DNA from: Camelus dromedarius
Lineage: Eukaryota
NCBI RefSeq assembly: GCF_036321535.1
Contig: NC_087443.1
Location: 77,934,001 to 77,998,000, forward strand
Length of the DNA: 64,000 nucleotides
Reading direction: 5' to 3'
Positions 38,791 through 52,538 of this stretch are shown in pieces (the stretch's first letter is position 1; the number at the start of each line of letters is the position of its first letter). The position numbers and the translations under genes are program-made. The notes below the pieces were generated by a model, which made no database searches, was not told the origin of the DNA, and saw nothing but the letters and a program-made list of their open reading frames with translations.

Positions 38791-40120
38791 AGGGCTAGAC
38801 GTGACCTCCCTTGGAAGGCTGGGGACGGCCATGGGCCTTGCCCTCTGGTCATTTATCATGATACTTTTATTTGGGGCTTTTGGTCTAAAACTATGTGTGG
38901 AATGATGAAAAGGAAGTACAATGTAGCTAAAGACGTCTTTAGGAGGTTGGCAGGCTCCAGCAGACAAAATTGTGATTTCAAAACAGCTTTAACTTGGCTT
39001 AAATTTATTCTTACCAGAACAGAAGAAAGGGTATCAGCAGAAGGTCACTCCGATAGGGACCTTTCATTTTTCTGCCCCACTGCTTCCCAGCTGGTGCTTT
39101 TCCCAGCTAAACCCTCCAAGGAAACCGGGAGGACAGAGGTTTCCATGCCCGGGAGCTGGCGTAACAGAAAGGTTTGCCACCCTAAGGAGCAGGAATAAGA
39201 GTTTTACTTCCCCTCCGGCTGAGATGGTGGGGGCTCTGTGCAGGCCAGACTGTAAACAGGGAGGTTGAGTGGTGGGGGGTCCCGGGGGGGGGTCTGGGGT
39301 GCAGTGCGGGTGGGAGGGGAGGGGCGGGGGTGGACGTCTTCTTTCAGGGTTGGTAACAGTAACCCTGCTCAGATTTCAGCTGAAATTGATGCTGCCCTGT
39401 AAAGGGCAGGGGGAGCGCATGTGGGTCTCATTGTCTCTGGGACCCCCCCCCACTTCCCCTAGTGTCAAGACTTGGCATGTAAGTTACTTAATAAACATTA
39501 GTCGAATGAATGAGATGACTAAAACCAGGGCTTATCAACTCAATGCCCATGGGGGCAGGCAGGGCGCTAAGTGTGGGAGGGGCTGGGCACGGGGCAGAGG
39601 GGAGGGGTGGGCTGTCTCAGATGAGGCAGCTGCCCCTACGGTTGCTGTTACCATCACAACAGGTACTTACCCCTGCGGGGCAGCTGCTGTTTTAGTGCCT
39701 CACTCATGTTATTCCACTTCAACTTAATCATAATTATTTTTTAAAAGTCAGGAAGTCATGGAAGGTGAGATAAAGCCATGAAATAAACGTCTTGACCAGC
39801 GGGCTTTTTTCACTTGGCCCTTCCTTCTCACCCTGCGCATTTTTAAACTTCTGCTCCATTCTTTTCTGCGAGGAGTTAAAGGTCCCGCCCCTGCCTAGGG
39901 GCCACCCCTCTTCCCTTCCTTTACTGCTTCTCAGGCCCCTTCACGGGCTCTCCTCCCCTTGGCAGGCTCTCTCCCATAATCGGGGTTTCTCGCAAAGCCC
40001 CACCTCTCTGGGTAGGAGCCCTTCTGGCCCCAGAAGCTCAGAGGGGGCGAGGCTGGCGTCGATGTCCTGTTCCTGGGAAGAACTGGGCTTGTGCATTTCC
40101 AACGTTAAAGCAGTCTGTGT

Positions 40121-40170
40121 TTTTTTTGTTTTGTTTTGTTTTGTTTTGTTTTGTTTTGTTTTGTTTTGTT
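40121..40170. repeat. (TTTTG)n microsatellite
   Basis: direct reading. Confidence 0.95.
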
Positions 40171-40573
40171 TGTGGTTCAAATAGTTTAGTGACTCCTTGG
40201 CAAACAAAAGCAGCACATTATGACAATTGTGGAGCTTCTCCTTGCCTGTAAGAGGCATTTATTAAGTCTTAGGAAATCTGAAAGGATTATTTTCAAATAT
40301 CAAAATAACATCCACACAGCAGTACTTTTAAAACTTGACAATGTCCCAAGCCTTTAGGACAATCTCAGTGTTCTCCTCTTAATATGTGAAAACAAGGTCT
40401 TTTTCAGTAGAAGGAGGAATGAAGTATGTACTGTAAGAGATACTCATTGGAACAGCGAAGTGCCTTCTTGGACGTGATCGTGAGCATCCACTCAAGGCCA
40501 CAGGAGGAACAGAGCTGGAATGAGACTTCTTTCGTTATACTTTGGATGACTGCTTTCTGTCTAATTTCTTCAG

Positions 40574-40655
40574 GGGAGCCTATAAGTAGCGAGCACTTTC
40601 ATAGAGCTGTCAATGTGAATGATGAAGATTTGCTGGTTCGAATACTTCAAGGAGG
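40574..40655 (+). CDS. FANK1: FANK1 exon 4
   Basis: ttcag|GG and GG|gtaaga; 82 nt; [27 protein letters not shown]. Confidence 0.97.
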
Positions 40656-41717
40656 GTAAGAAGACTCTGCCTTTTAAAACCTTAAAAAAAATTTTTTTTT
40701 TTTATTTTTAATGCCCAAGCAAGTGCATAGAAATGCTTTCATGCAGCTTTATTTTGTTTTCCTGAAATTTCCCATGGCTTTCAAACTGGCTCCAAGATTG
40801 GCTCAAAATTGATCTCAGGTGACTGGTGTGAGTTCCGCATAGTTCATAAAGATGAGCCTACAAAGTCCCATGCCAATGTTATGTTTTGTACTTAATGAAA
40901 ATTGAAACCGGAAATGACGAGTTTGGGTGTCATTTTCATCCCAGAAATAACTTATGACTCTTGCTCATATGCATTTTGGCAGATTTCACCCCCAAATGCC
41001 CACGTCTAATTCCTGATGAAATGAAGGCATCACTAGATCAGCTGTTTCTAATTCAAAGGCTGATAAAACACAAGAGGAAAAAATGGCGAATGCAGTTGCT
41101 GCAGATGGGAGATTTGAAGCTGCTCCCAAATGAGAAAGGGGCAATGGAATCTAGATTTTTTGAATCAGTAGTTTTGAGCGCCTTAGAAGGCAAGTCACCT
41201 GTGAATTAAGGCTCTGTAAGTTGGGGAAGAGAAGGTTCCTGCAAAAAGCCACAGCCTCTAAGCGGCTATTTAAGAGCGTGGCTTTCTTATTCGAGCAGCA
41301 GAGCTTCCTGCCCAGGAGGTGGGATGGGAGTCAGGGGAGAGATGAGGGTCTCCATCACTCTGGGCTTGTGTCCGGTGGAGCTGAGAGTCTGCAGCCGAGG
41401 CATCGTGTCCCCTGCTGGTTTAAAGGAGCAGTGCTCTTCATGGTGTGTTTTATCAGATCTCGTAATGGTTTCCAGGGGAAGGAAATGCCCATTTTAAGTG
41501 AAATTACAGTAATTTTCTTTTCTCGTGAATTTGAACCCTTTAAAATATGAGGCAGGGCAGCAGCCTAAGACAACAAAAACTTAATGGTCCAGAAGGAATT
41601 GGAGTTCTTGGGAAAATGAACCATTTTAGCCACCTGTTCCCCACAAGAGATGTCAGCTGCGAATCCACAGGGAGCCGCGCCGGCACGTTAATCTCTTTTC
41701 TCTGTGTTTCCCCCAAG

Positions 41718-41792
41718 CAACGTGAAGGTGGATGTTCCCAATAAGCTTGGCTTTACCGCTCTGATGGTCGCTGCGCAGAGAGGGCACACCAG
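41718..41792 (+). CDS. FANK1: FANK1 exon 5 (ankyrin repeat)
   Basis: ccccaag|C and AG|gtaggg; 75 nt; [25 protein letters not shown]. Confidence 0.96.
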
Positions 41793-42619
41793 GTAGGGCT
41801 CTTCCTTCCTCATCCCCCAGTGACGGGCTGAGCCCCTCGTTCTCCCAAAGGCTCCGGTCTGGATGGGGTGGGAGGGGAAGGGCTGTGGGGGAACCTGGCT
41901 TCTGTTCTCTTTCCCAAACCGTGCCAGGTAGGGGCTGAACAGAAACTCAGCTGCTTTTACCATAAAGTCATACAGCATGCAGAAGAGGCTAGAAAAACAT
42001 AATTGCATGGTAAGGAAGAGAGGTAGCCATTTTAATTATATCTTGCAAGGTCGTATATGCGTCCTGGGAAAACTGGTTATTGGAATTTGAATTTCTTTAG
42101 AAAAATAAAGGGGAGGGATATTAATTCTGAAAAGCAAACTTCCCTGATGGCTTGCTCAGATACAATTTTCACTGATAACTACTCTGTAATCTCTCCTCCA
42201 CACAGAGATAAGCTTAAATACTAATAGCTTATTTTTCCATAATAGTGATATTTTAACTATTAAAATGCCATTTGAAAGACATTGAAGGGTATCTCCATTA
42301 AATGCTACTGTTTGAAAACGTATCTAAAATAGTCACAGAAGTGACAATGAGTTAGTTTGATCGTCCAGCTTGCTTCATGGGAAGGAGTTGTGTTTTTCAA
42401 TGAATGGTTCACATAAAGAGTGAAAACCAATTTATTTGGTGTGGAGAGGCAGTTTCCTGGTTTAATAATGCCCTGTCTTTAAAGCCAGCCACCTCTGAAG
42501 ATGGAGAGGTGGTACCAAGATGTGTCTGAAATACAGCGTCGTTCATTTTTACTGGGTTATCGTGGGCCCCTGCTCATCAAAGCTGCGCATCCAGCAACGC
42601 TGAAATTTGTCTCATTTAG

Positions 42620-42685
42620 GCTTGTGAAAATCCTCGTTTCTAACGGCACAGACGTGAATCTGAGGAATGGAAGTGGCAAGGACAG
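42620..42685 (+). CDS. FANK1: FANK1 exon 6 (ankyrin repeat)
   Basis: tttag|G and AG|gtgggt; 66 nt; LVKILVSNGTDVNLRNGSGKD. Confidence 0.96.
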
Positions 42686-43789
42686 GTGGGTGTGGCACGT
42701 TCCCTAAAACGTTCCCAGACTTGTGATACTAAGCTTGTGCCCAGACGATTTTTGATTTGATTCCAGTATTCTCTTGTTTCTTTTGACAGTACTGAGAGGT
42801 GAGTAGGTCTCACAGGAGCAATGTGATGACAAACGCTGGCTTATTCATTTGCCCACTAACCCCCTAATATTGCTGATGCCCGACCACCCACGCGGGCCTC
42901 CCCACTTGTCCCTCACAGGGTCTCCCGTGCTTTACTCGGGGGTGTGGGCTAAGGCCATGAACCAGTCAAGGCTCACACACTGCATCTGGTTTTTCTGTCT
43001 CTTGTCTCTTTCATTCTAGTCTGGTCCTCTATCCATTTTTTTTTTAATTAAAATTTTGTTATAGCAATGACTTTTTGAGGAGTCCAGACCAATTATCTTA
43101 CAGAATGCCTCATGCTCTCGATTTGCTTGTCTCCTAGGTGCGAGGGAGGCATTTAACTTGTTCATTCGTCTCTTTATACCCAGTAAAGTTAAAATTAGGT
43201 TTACAGGCTTGACTGGATTCAGGTTAACATTTTTAGCAAGAAAACTTGAGAGCTGGTGTTGTGGCTTCAGTTTGCGTCCGCCAGGCCTGTCATGCAGGTT
43301 GCCCCACAGTTGGCGATTCCCGGTTTGATCATTGGGGTGGAAGAGCTAGATCTCTCCTTGGTAAATATATAGCTTCCCGCTGCAATTAGGAAATAATCTA
43401 TGGGTTAGTGATTCAGCACAGAGTGGACATCCACTAGCCTTTCATCCAATAACTGTAGCATCCACCATGATCCTGGCCTGAACCAGGTATTTAATTGGGA
43501 CTCGCCAGAGAGTGGTTTTCTCCTTCCATGATTCCTTCTACATTTATTAGCTGGCAGTCTTCCATCAAAAAGAACTTTCCCTTATCAACTGGGGACGGAC
43601 TGCCTTTCATCCTACAAAGGCAACATAAATGTTTATCTTCTTTAAATACCAATATTTAGAGTAAGGAATTGGTTTAATTATCTGTAATAATGTCCAATGA
43701 GTGTTTCTTCTCTTTTTCTTTTTTGAGTATCATCAGAGACTGGTATATGTTTTTAAAATCCAACATTTCACTCAATGACAGTGATTATT

Positions 43790-44330
43790 CATTTTTTTTT
43801 CTGAGGGAGAGATTCACATATCACAAAATTCATTCCTTTAAAATGTCCAGTTCAGGGGTAGGGGCCAGCTCAAGGGGTCGTGTGTGTGCTTAGCTTGCAT
43901 GGGGTCCTGGGTTCAACCCCCAGTACCTTCAATAAAATTTTTTTAAAAATTAAAAAAAAATGACATGTACAATTCAGGATTTTAAAATATATTAACAAAG
44001 TTGTGCAACCACCACTGTCTAATTCCAGGTGTTTATCAGCCCAAAGAGAAGCTCTGTGTTCATTAGCAGTCTCTCCCCATTTCCTCCCTCCCAGCCCTGC
44101 TAATCTGCTAGTTCTGTGTCTCTAGATTTGTCATTTCTGGACATTTCCTATAAATGAAATCATATACCCTGTAGACTTTTACGTGTGGCCCCTTTTACTT
44201 AGCATAGGTTCATCCATATGGTGGCAGATACCGGTACTTCATGTCCTTTTTATGGCCAAATAATGTTCCACTGTATGGATATACCACATCTGTCTGTCTG
44301 TCTATCAGTTGATGGGCCACGTACATTTTA
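43790..44330 (-). mobile_element. L1MB-like 3' end interrupted by a SINE
   Basis: gattcacatatcacaaaattcattcctttaaaatg...tatggatataccacat. Confidence 0.7.
43855..43960 (+). mobile_element. tRNA-Ala-derived camelid SINE
   Basis: agctcaagggg...tgcttagcttgcatggggtcctgggttcaaccccagtacc plus A tail; degenerate TSD atgtccagttca / atgtacaattca. Confidence 0.85.
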
Positions 44331-44462
44331 TGTAAATAATTTTCATGACTTTTCCACTCACATTAGGATTTCTGTCTCAGGTTTGGGCCAGGGAGGGCAA
44401 ACGCGGACATGAGCATGGGGACCACACTCACAGCCAGACGCCGCTGCTTCTGTGTGTTGTAG

Positions 44463-44628
44463 TCTCATGCTCGCGTGCTATGCGGGGCACCTCGATGTGG
44501 TGAAGTATCTCCGAAGACATGGCGCTTCCTGGGACACCAGAGACCTCGGCGGCTGCACAGCCCTGCACTGGGCTGTGGACGGGGGCCACTGCGGTGTGAT
44601 TGAGTGGATGATCCAGGACGGCTGTGAG
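44463..44628 (+). CDS. FANK1: FANK1 exon 7 (ankyrin repeats)
   Basis: tgtag|T and GAG|gtatgg; 166 nt; [55 protein letters not shown]. Confidence 0.97.
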
Positions 44629-45147
44629 GTATGGGTCTCCCTTCTTAACCACACACACCTAGTTAAGAACCTAACTGCTGATCCGTGGGTTTCAGGAGAA
44701 GCAGAGCCTTTTGTGGATGCCTTGGACTAGCTGAGCCTAGAAATGCTGGAGGAAGTCCTCTGACTTACAAGCAAGATGGTCCTTGAAGCCTTGGGAAAAA
44801 AGACCCTTATGGAGTTGTTATGATAGAGAGGCTTCAGATGATCAAGGATGTTCATCTTGTGTAGGAAAAGGGAGCAGTGCTGCGTCCAGAGCTGGACCTG
44901 GTGCTGCTTCCACCTTGCTTGTTCCTTCACTCATCCCTCAGTGATCTCTCCTTTCAACCTGCCAGCAGGGCTTGATGGAGCTTCCACCATGCCCTGATAC
45001 TGTCTTTTTCTTTCCCTCTTAATTAAATTTTATTTTTTGGCTTTTTAAAAAAATTGAAGTACAGTCAGTTACAATGTGTCAATTTCTGATGTACAATGCA
45101 ATGTCCCAGTCATGTATATACATACATATATTTGTTTTCATATTCTT

Positions 45148-45326
45148 TTTTTAAAATAAGCATTTATTTTTTCCTTTTTCTTATTAGTTTTTTTTTTTTT
45201 TGGAAGGGGGTTGGAGGTAATTAGGTTTTATTTATTTATTTGATGGAGGTACTGGGAATGGAACCCAGAGCCTCTTGCGTGCTAAGCATGTGCTCTACCA
45301 CCTGAGCTATACCCCCCACCCCACCA
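45148..45326 (-). mobile_element. tRNA-Ala-derived camelid SINE with 13-bp TSD, inserted in a short L1 3' end (45040-45147)
   Basis: ttttcatattctt at 45135-45147 and 45327-45339. Confidence 0.9.
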
Positions 45327-46519
45327 TTTTCATATTCTTGGTAGTGTCTTAGGTGCTGGACACACAAGGATGTTAACTCATAGCCACAGTGCTGCTTATT
45401 GCTTTTGGAATTAGATTCTTTTTATTCTTGGTTTGCTTTAAAGATTAGTCATTACACCAAACTTCCAAAGAGCAAACGGACTATATCAAGAATAGAGAAT
45501 TTCAGCTCTAGTGTCTTTAGCTTGAAGCAGGTGTGTTGGTCTGGTTTTGGTTTCATGTCATTGGAAAGTACAAATTCGACTTAGAAGTAGTGTTGTTTGG
45601 ACTTCTACAGATACTTGAAGATAGGCAAATAGAATTAGCTCAATAACGGTGATTGCTGATAACTTGGAAAAAAAAAAGTTCAAGACTTCAAAGAAGTTAA
45701 ATAAAAATTTCAAGGCATGGAAATAAGGAGCGACGAACAAAATGGTGTCCTAATGGTGACTGCCAGATGGTGTAGAGTGTGGAGAAGTTAAATTGATGAC
45801 CTGGAAAATAAACTCACATGGAGAAGAGTTATGACTCCTGGAAGATGTTTGTAGATTTGTGCTGGTTTGTCTCTGAAGTGTGATTGAGGGAAAGCAAGAC
45901 TTAAGTTGTGGGATCTCACTGGTTCCTAATGTTGCTTTTAGAGGGCTGAAAAGAGGGCCCCTTGAAGGAAAAACCTCAGTTGTTAAGATAATTCCCTTTT
46001 GTTACATTTCTTGTTTTCTTTGTTTTAGAAACAAGCACAAAAGGTCAGAGGGATTAGCCTGTGCGCCCTGGTGGTCGGAGCTGGCCACACCCGCCTTGTG
46101 TGGTTGTCACAGCCACATCCCCCTTGTTTGCTTTATGACAAATTCTGCTCGTGCATTGGACCCAGTGAAAATCTGGAGTTGAAAATGAAGGTTGACTTTG
46201 TTGAAAGAAGGGCAAGTCTCTGCCATCAACATTTAAGTACCAGATTTTTGGAAGTGTAGGCTCTCTGGGCTTCAGTTACAAACGCATCCATTTGGGGTAA
46301 ATCCCATCCTTTTCTATAGCCCTGGAGATACGTGACTGTCCACCAAGGATTTCTGCGTGGCTGGCAGGTGGTGGGTAGATGATGTCAGCGTGAGTCCCTC
46401 TCTGTTCTTGGCAGGTGATTGACCCGATGCTTTGGGAGATGGTGAGACGGATCTGGGAGCAAAGTGGGGGCACTGCCACCCTCTTCTTGAATCTAAGGAT
46501 CTACACTGAGACTGACTTG

Positions 46520-46700
46520 CTTGAATGGGGAGCCATTTCTACATTTAATGAGCCGTGTGACCTCCGGGGAGACATCATGTCCTCTGAGATTTGGCTTCAT
46601 CATCTGTAAACCAGGAATAAAAAACACCTACCAGTGTTTAACCTTTAGGACCAAAAGAGGAAACGTGCGTGAAAGTGCATTAAAAACCGCATAAAGCACC
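46520..46700 (+). mobile_element. MIR remnant
   Basis: gtgtgacctccgggg...ctctgagatttggcttcatcatctgtaaa. Confidence 0.65.
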
Positions 46701-47726
46701 CTGTAATATGAGGGGATTATTTTATTATTATTTAAATATAATGAAGCTCGCTGCCCAAAGGTTGTTTGTTATTTGCATGAGGAAGAGCTGCAAATCTTAA
46801 CAGTGTGGCAGTGGATAATCTCATACATACAAATAACCAGAAATGTCCTAAGGACCTACTGGCAGTTCCTTGTTATTCTGGTCCAATGTTTTACTAAAGC
46901 TGTAGATTTCTTTGAGTAATTCTTCTGTAAGAGAATTAGATGTGTGCGTGCACAAGTCCGTCTGTGCACATGTGTCTCTGTTGACTTCAGTACCACTCTT
47001 CCTGGATTGATGAGGTCTTTGTTGCAATTGGAGGAGGCAACACTTACACTCTCTTATTCTAAAATATGTCTTTTAAAGCACTAAATTGAAGGATTTTAAT
47101 GTAGGGCAGATGATTGGAAAATGGCCTATCTTATTACCAGGCAAACTATGTTTTGGAGAAGGACTTAGGTTGGCTAAGTTTTCAGATTAGATTTCGTGTA
47201 GGAGATCTTTGTATTTACCCTGCCTGTAGTTCTCCTGCTTAAAATGAGTACGTGTTGGTAAATATAAGGGTGGGTGCTTACATTACCATCTTGTTCCAGA
47301 AGGGATTTAAAGCTGCTTACAGAGATGCCTAAAAGTAAGCAGCAGAAACTCTATTTTAAAAAGCAGTGAGGAAAGTTAGGCATGAGAAAATAGGGCAGGG
47401 GCTCATACGGAGCCGAGAAGAAGGTGATGATGTTTCATTTTTCCATCCCATCTCTTTTCCATTTGAACAAAATGTAAATGAAGATGCCAGTGGGTGGGAA
47501 GGGGGGGTCCTGGGGCCTCTCAGCACCCTCTGAAGTGACCCAAAAAGCAGCTTCTCACTGCATAAACGTGAATTAAATCAGCATAGTCCAACCAACTGTC
47601 ACCAGGTCTAGAGAGACGATCTACATTGGGGGAATTTGGGCAAGCAGACGTTCCTCTTTAGGTTTCCGATGAGTGACTTTATGGAAAAGAACTGGGCTAA
47701 GAGCTGCTCTCCCTGTGGCACGACAG

Positions 47727-47870
47727 GTGGACGTGGTGGACGCGTGCTCACGGTGGACCCCGCTCATGAGGGTCTCTGCGGTCTCGGGGAACCAGAAGGT
47801 CGCCTCTCTGCTGATCGATGCAGGAGCAGATGTGAACGTGAAAGATAAAGACGGAAAGACACCTCTAATG
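47727..47870 (+). CDS. FANK1: FANK1 exon 8 (ankyrin repeats)
   Basis: acag|GTG and ATG|gtacgt; 144 nt; [48 protein letters not shown]. Confidence 0.97.
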
Positions 47871-47950
47871 GTACGTCTCTCTTCACAAGACAGCCTGGCT
47901 TCACATGTGGGACTAAGGTCAGAGCTTCTGCAACTAGGCAGTTCTTGACA

Positions 47951-49447
<1,497 letters not shown>

Positions 49448-49786
49448 TTAAGGATTATCAACCTCAGTCCCCAGGGCCATTTTAGGATCAAAACAGATCT
49501 GTTAAAACAAAGAACATGCTGCCTTCTGTGCTGATCTGGCCCAGCCCTATCAAGCGATTTTACAGTGGAGAAAGGTGGATTTCATTCCCTTTTCCTTGCC
49601 ACCGCTGGGGAGCGAGGTACACATCCCTGTGTGCAGAGCCACTGCAGCCCTGCTGGCTCTCTGCCTTCGGAGGATGCTGCCTGGAGTCACCGGACCTGCC
49701 TGCACCAGGCACCCCATTCCTGCAGCCCATGCCTGATGCAGGGAGGGTGGAGCCCACTCACACCCCACCGGTGTTTGATTTTCTAG

Positions 49787-49864
49787 GTGGCCGTGCTAAA
49801 CAATCACGAAGAGCTAGTCCAGTTACTTCTCGACAAAGGGGCAGATGCAAGTGTTAAAAATGAG
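49787..49864 (+). CDS. FANK1: FANK1 exon 9
   Basis: ttctag|GTG and GAG|gtatag; 78 nt; VAVLNNHEELVQLLLDKGADASVKNE. Confidence 0.96.
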
Positions 49865-49953
49865 GTATAGAACTCAGTCTTCATCTAAAGATTTTCCCTG
49901 GAGAGGAGGAAAGACCGTATGTATAAAAGCATTTTTGTTGTTTTCTCTTCCAG

Positions 49954-49998
49954 TTCGGCAAAGGTGTCCTAGAAATGGCCAGAGTTTTTGACAGACAG
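49954..49998 (+). CDS. FANK1: FANK1 exon 10
   Basis: ttccag|TTC and CAG|gttgag; 45 nt; FGKGVLEMARVFDRQ; follows an 89-nt intron. Confidence 0.95.
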
Positions 49999-50105
49999 GT
50001 TGAGAATGTTCTTTATCCCTTTAAGGCTGATCTTGTAGTGCTTTAAAAAAAATTTAAAGAAACCCCAAAACTTTGGATTACATGCACCTGTTTTTGTTTA
50101 TCTAG

Positions 50106-50171
50106 AATGTCATCTTCTTATTAGAAGAAAGGAAAAAAAAGCAAATGCCGAAGAAGTCATCTGTTCGCTGA
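50106..50171 (+). CDS. FANK1: FANK1 exon 11, coding part to stop
   Basis: tctag|AAT; NVIFLLEERKKKQMPKKSSVR-TGA; exons 2-11 total 1025 nt, consistent with a 345-aa protein given 13 coding nt from an upstream exon 1. Confidence 0.95.
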   Translation, partial: NVIFLLEERKKKQMPKKSSVR

Positions 50172-50307
50172 CCTGGGGGCCTCTTATCTCTGAAAGCCAA
50201 GTGAAGCAAAGCAGAATGGGACTTGAACTAGAGGGCGATACATTTGATTATTTATTTAGCTGAAGATGCACAGTGACTTTTGTAACATACGCGTGTTCCC
50301 ACTTTGA

Positions 50308-50313
50308 AATACA
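50308..50313 (+). terminator. FANK1: Probable FANK1 poly(A) signal (variant AATACA)
   Basis: no AATAAA in the few hundred nt after the stop; AATACA ~140 nt after the stop, followed by GU-rich gtgcagtggtgtcgtc. Confidence 0.5.
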
Positions 50314-51419
50314 TCTCTTTACCTAAGCATGTGCAGTGGTGTCGTCACTGGGCGTCCGCAGGACAGGGAGGTTTTCCTGTGCTCGGCCTTTTGGAGTGAG
50401 CCATGAAGCAAAATATTTATGTCCTGGAGCTGCACAAACATACACGGTCCCCCACTTCCCACTCCTGCCCTCCAAGCCATCCTCTGAGCCACTCCAGGGC
50501 CCGGTGGAAATTCCTTCCCCCATGTGTTTTCAATTACATCCCTCCCTCCCGACTCAAGGCCTTCCAGGCCATGTTGTCAGGGTGATTCCCTCCTGGAGGG
50601 ACACTCCTCCCGCAAGCCCAGGAGGCCACGTGAAGAGCTTTCTCCTCGCTGTTGGCCTCACATCAAAGCGCAAGAGACGCATTTCAAGACTCCGATTCTG
50701 CTCTGTTGGAGGAGCCTGGTGGAGGGTCAGTCATCGTGGAACGGACCTGTATCTGAGGCTGTGTGCGCGTGCACTTAGGCCTCGGCAATGAAAGACGCGG
50801 CCTGCTGGCCTGTCAACGACTTTGCCAGAGAGGAGTGCCTCACATTCAGTCCTCAGAGCAGGAGGGGTTTGGATGCCCAGCACGCGGTTCAGAGACAAGC
50901 GGGAAGGAGCAGGTCGGCCGGGCGGGAGCTCAGACACACACGTGTGGGAGCCGTGACTCCGCAGGCACACTTAAAGGCCCGTGGGGCAGTGAGCCAGCCG
51001 GCCACGTGCACATTGTGTCTCCAGAGACACGCTCTCCGCCCCGTGAGAAGACCAGCTACAGTGGTCGGCCCAGGACTGGCATTTTCTCTGCAGGTGATTA
51101 AAAGGTAACTAAAGCCCTGGCTCAGGGGGAAGAGCATAGGGGAAAAAAAACACCGTCCATTTTACTGATGTTGGCAAGTCTCAGCTTTATTCCAGTCTAC
51201 AGAAGATCCACATCAGGCACTGGGTCTGTGGGTCACGTGCAGTCTTCTCCTTAGATCTTTCACTAGCATTTTACCTTTTATACAATTACTTATTCCTTTA
51301 AATTTGCTGGAATAGATTTTTAAAAATCTCTCTAACAGCCAGAGCACAGTCACAACTTCGCAGGGCTCATCCTTCCCACCATGGTCAATGTTGACGCTCC
51401 CCTCGATTCCGTGTCTCGG

Positions 51420-51775
51420 CCAGTTGTAGGTAATACCCCAGCCCCCCCTGTGGGAGGGGGGCACACCCCTTCTTGCGGACAGCAAGCTGGGCCGTGTAAC
51501 GGGGCTGACTTTGGTCAATGAAATGGGAGTGGAAATGGCTCTTGTCCCCCTGCACAGAAGTTCTGCTAATCCCCATGTCCCCCTTCCTTCTGCCACAAGA
51601 CCAGCTGTTTCTTGGACGGAGATGCTCCGCCAGCCCAGGGCCCCGAGGCGAGAGCCAGAGCTCACCCAGGGTGGGCGTGGCATGTGAGTGAGGGAGGGTC
51701 CTGCCATGTTGTCAGTCACCGAAATTTATGAGTGGCTTGTCATCACAGCGTAACTTAGCCCAAAACGACTGCTTG
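51420..51775 (+). mobile_element. MLT1(I/J-like) LTR
   Basis: ggtcaatgaaatgggagtggaa...ttgtcatcacagcgtaacttagcc. Confidence 0.7.
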
Positions 51776-52478
51776 TGAGGTCTTAGCATAGATCTGTGAA
51801 TTTAATTTTCCACTGAAGCATCTCAGATGTCTTTTTAGCATCTCTGATAATCATCATATGGCATATTTCCCTACAAGCTATCAATTTGTTAACTTGGATT
51901 ACTAGCTTTTAAAATATTGAGCCAACCTTCTACTCCTGAGGTACCCTTACTGGGTTATACTGGGATGCTGGATTCTTTATCCTCATGTACTCTGTGTGTT
52001 TGCTTTTTAATCTTTTTCCTTAATAAGATTAGGTAGTGGCTTATCTTGTGTCCTTAATTATCCCAAAGAACCCACCCTTGGTTTTCTTAGTTTCATTTCT
52101 GCCAATTAATTCATACTTTTTATTTCTGAATTGGAATTCCCTTTGAATTGGAGACTCCAGGGAAAGGGCATGCGCAGTGGATTGTACCAGGCATCCAGGT
52201 GAGTTCTGATAACGCAGAGTCTCAGGAGCATGGCCACAGTGTGCCGTCCCCAATGGTTCCATTTGCTGTCTGCCAGATAATCTGCCATTGATCTTTGACT
52301 CAAGAATCATTGCATTTCTAGGCCACAGATTGTTTTTCTACTTTTAGTGCATTATAATGGGAATTTGTACCGTTAGGATTTGAGTTTTACTTTGTGCATT
52401 AATATACACAATTATAAATTTTTTTCCGGAGGCACTTTGAAAGAAGTATATTCAGTACGTTTAAGTATTCCATTTGAG

Positions 52479-52481
<3 letters not shown>

Positions 52482-52534
<53 letters not shown>
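52482..52534. repeat. (TG)26 microsatellite
   Basis: direct reading. Confidence 0.97.

Positions 52535-52538
<4 letters not shown>

Noticed and set aside
50148-50171. FANK1 ends KKSSVR rather than human KKSCVC (a CXC prenylation-like motif)
   Set aside because: The non-Cys ending is, as I recall, also found in mouse, so it is probably the ancestral state and not a camelid novelty.
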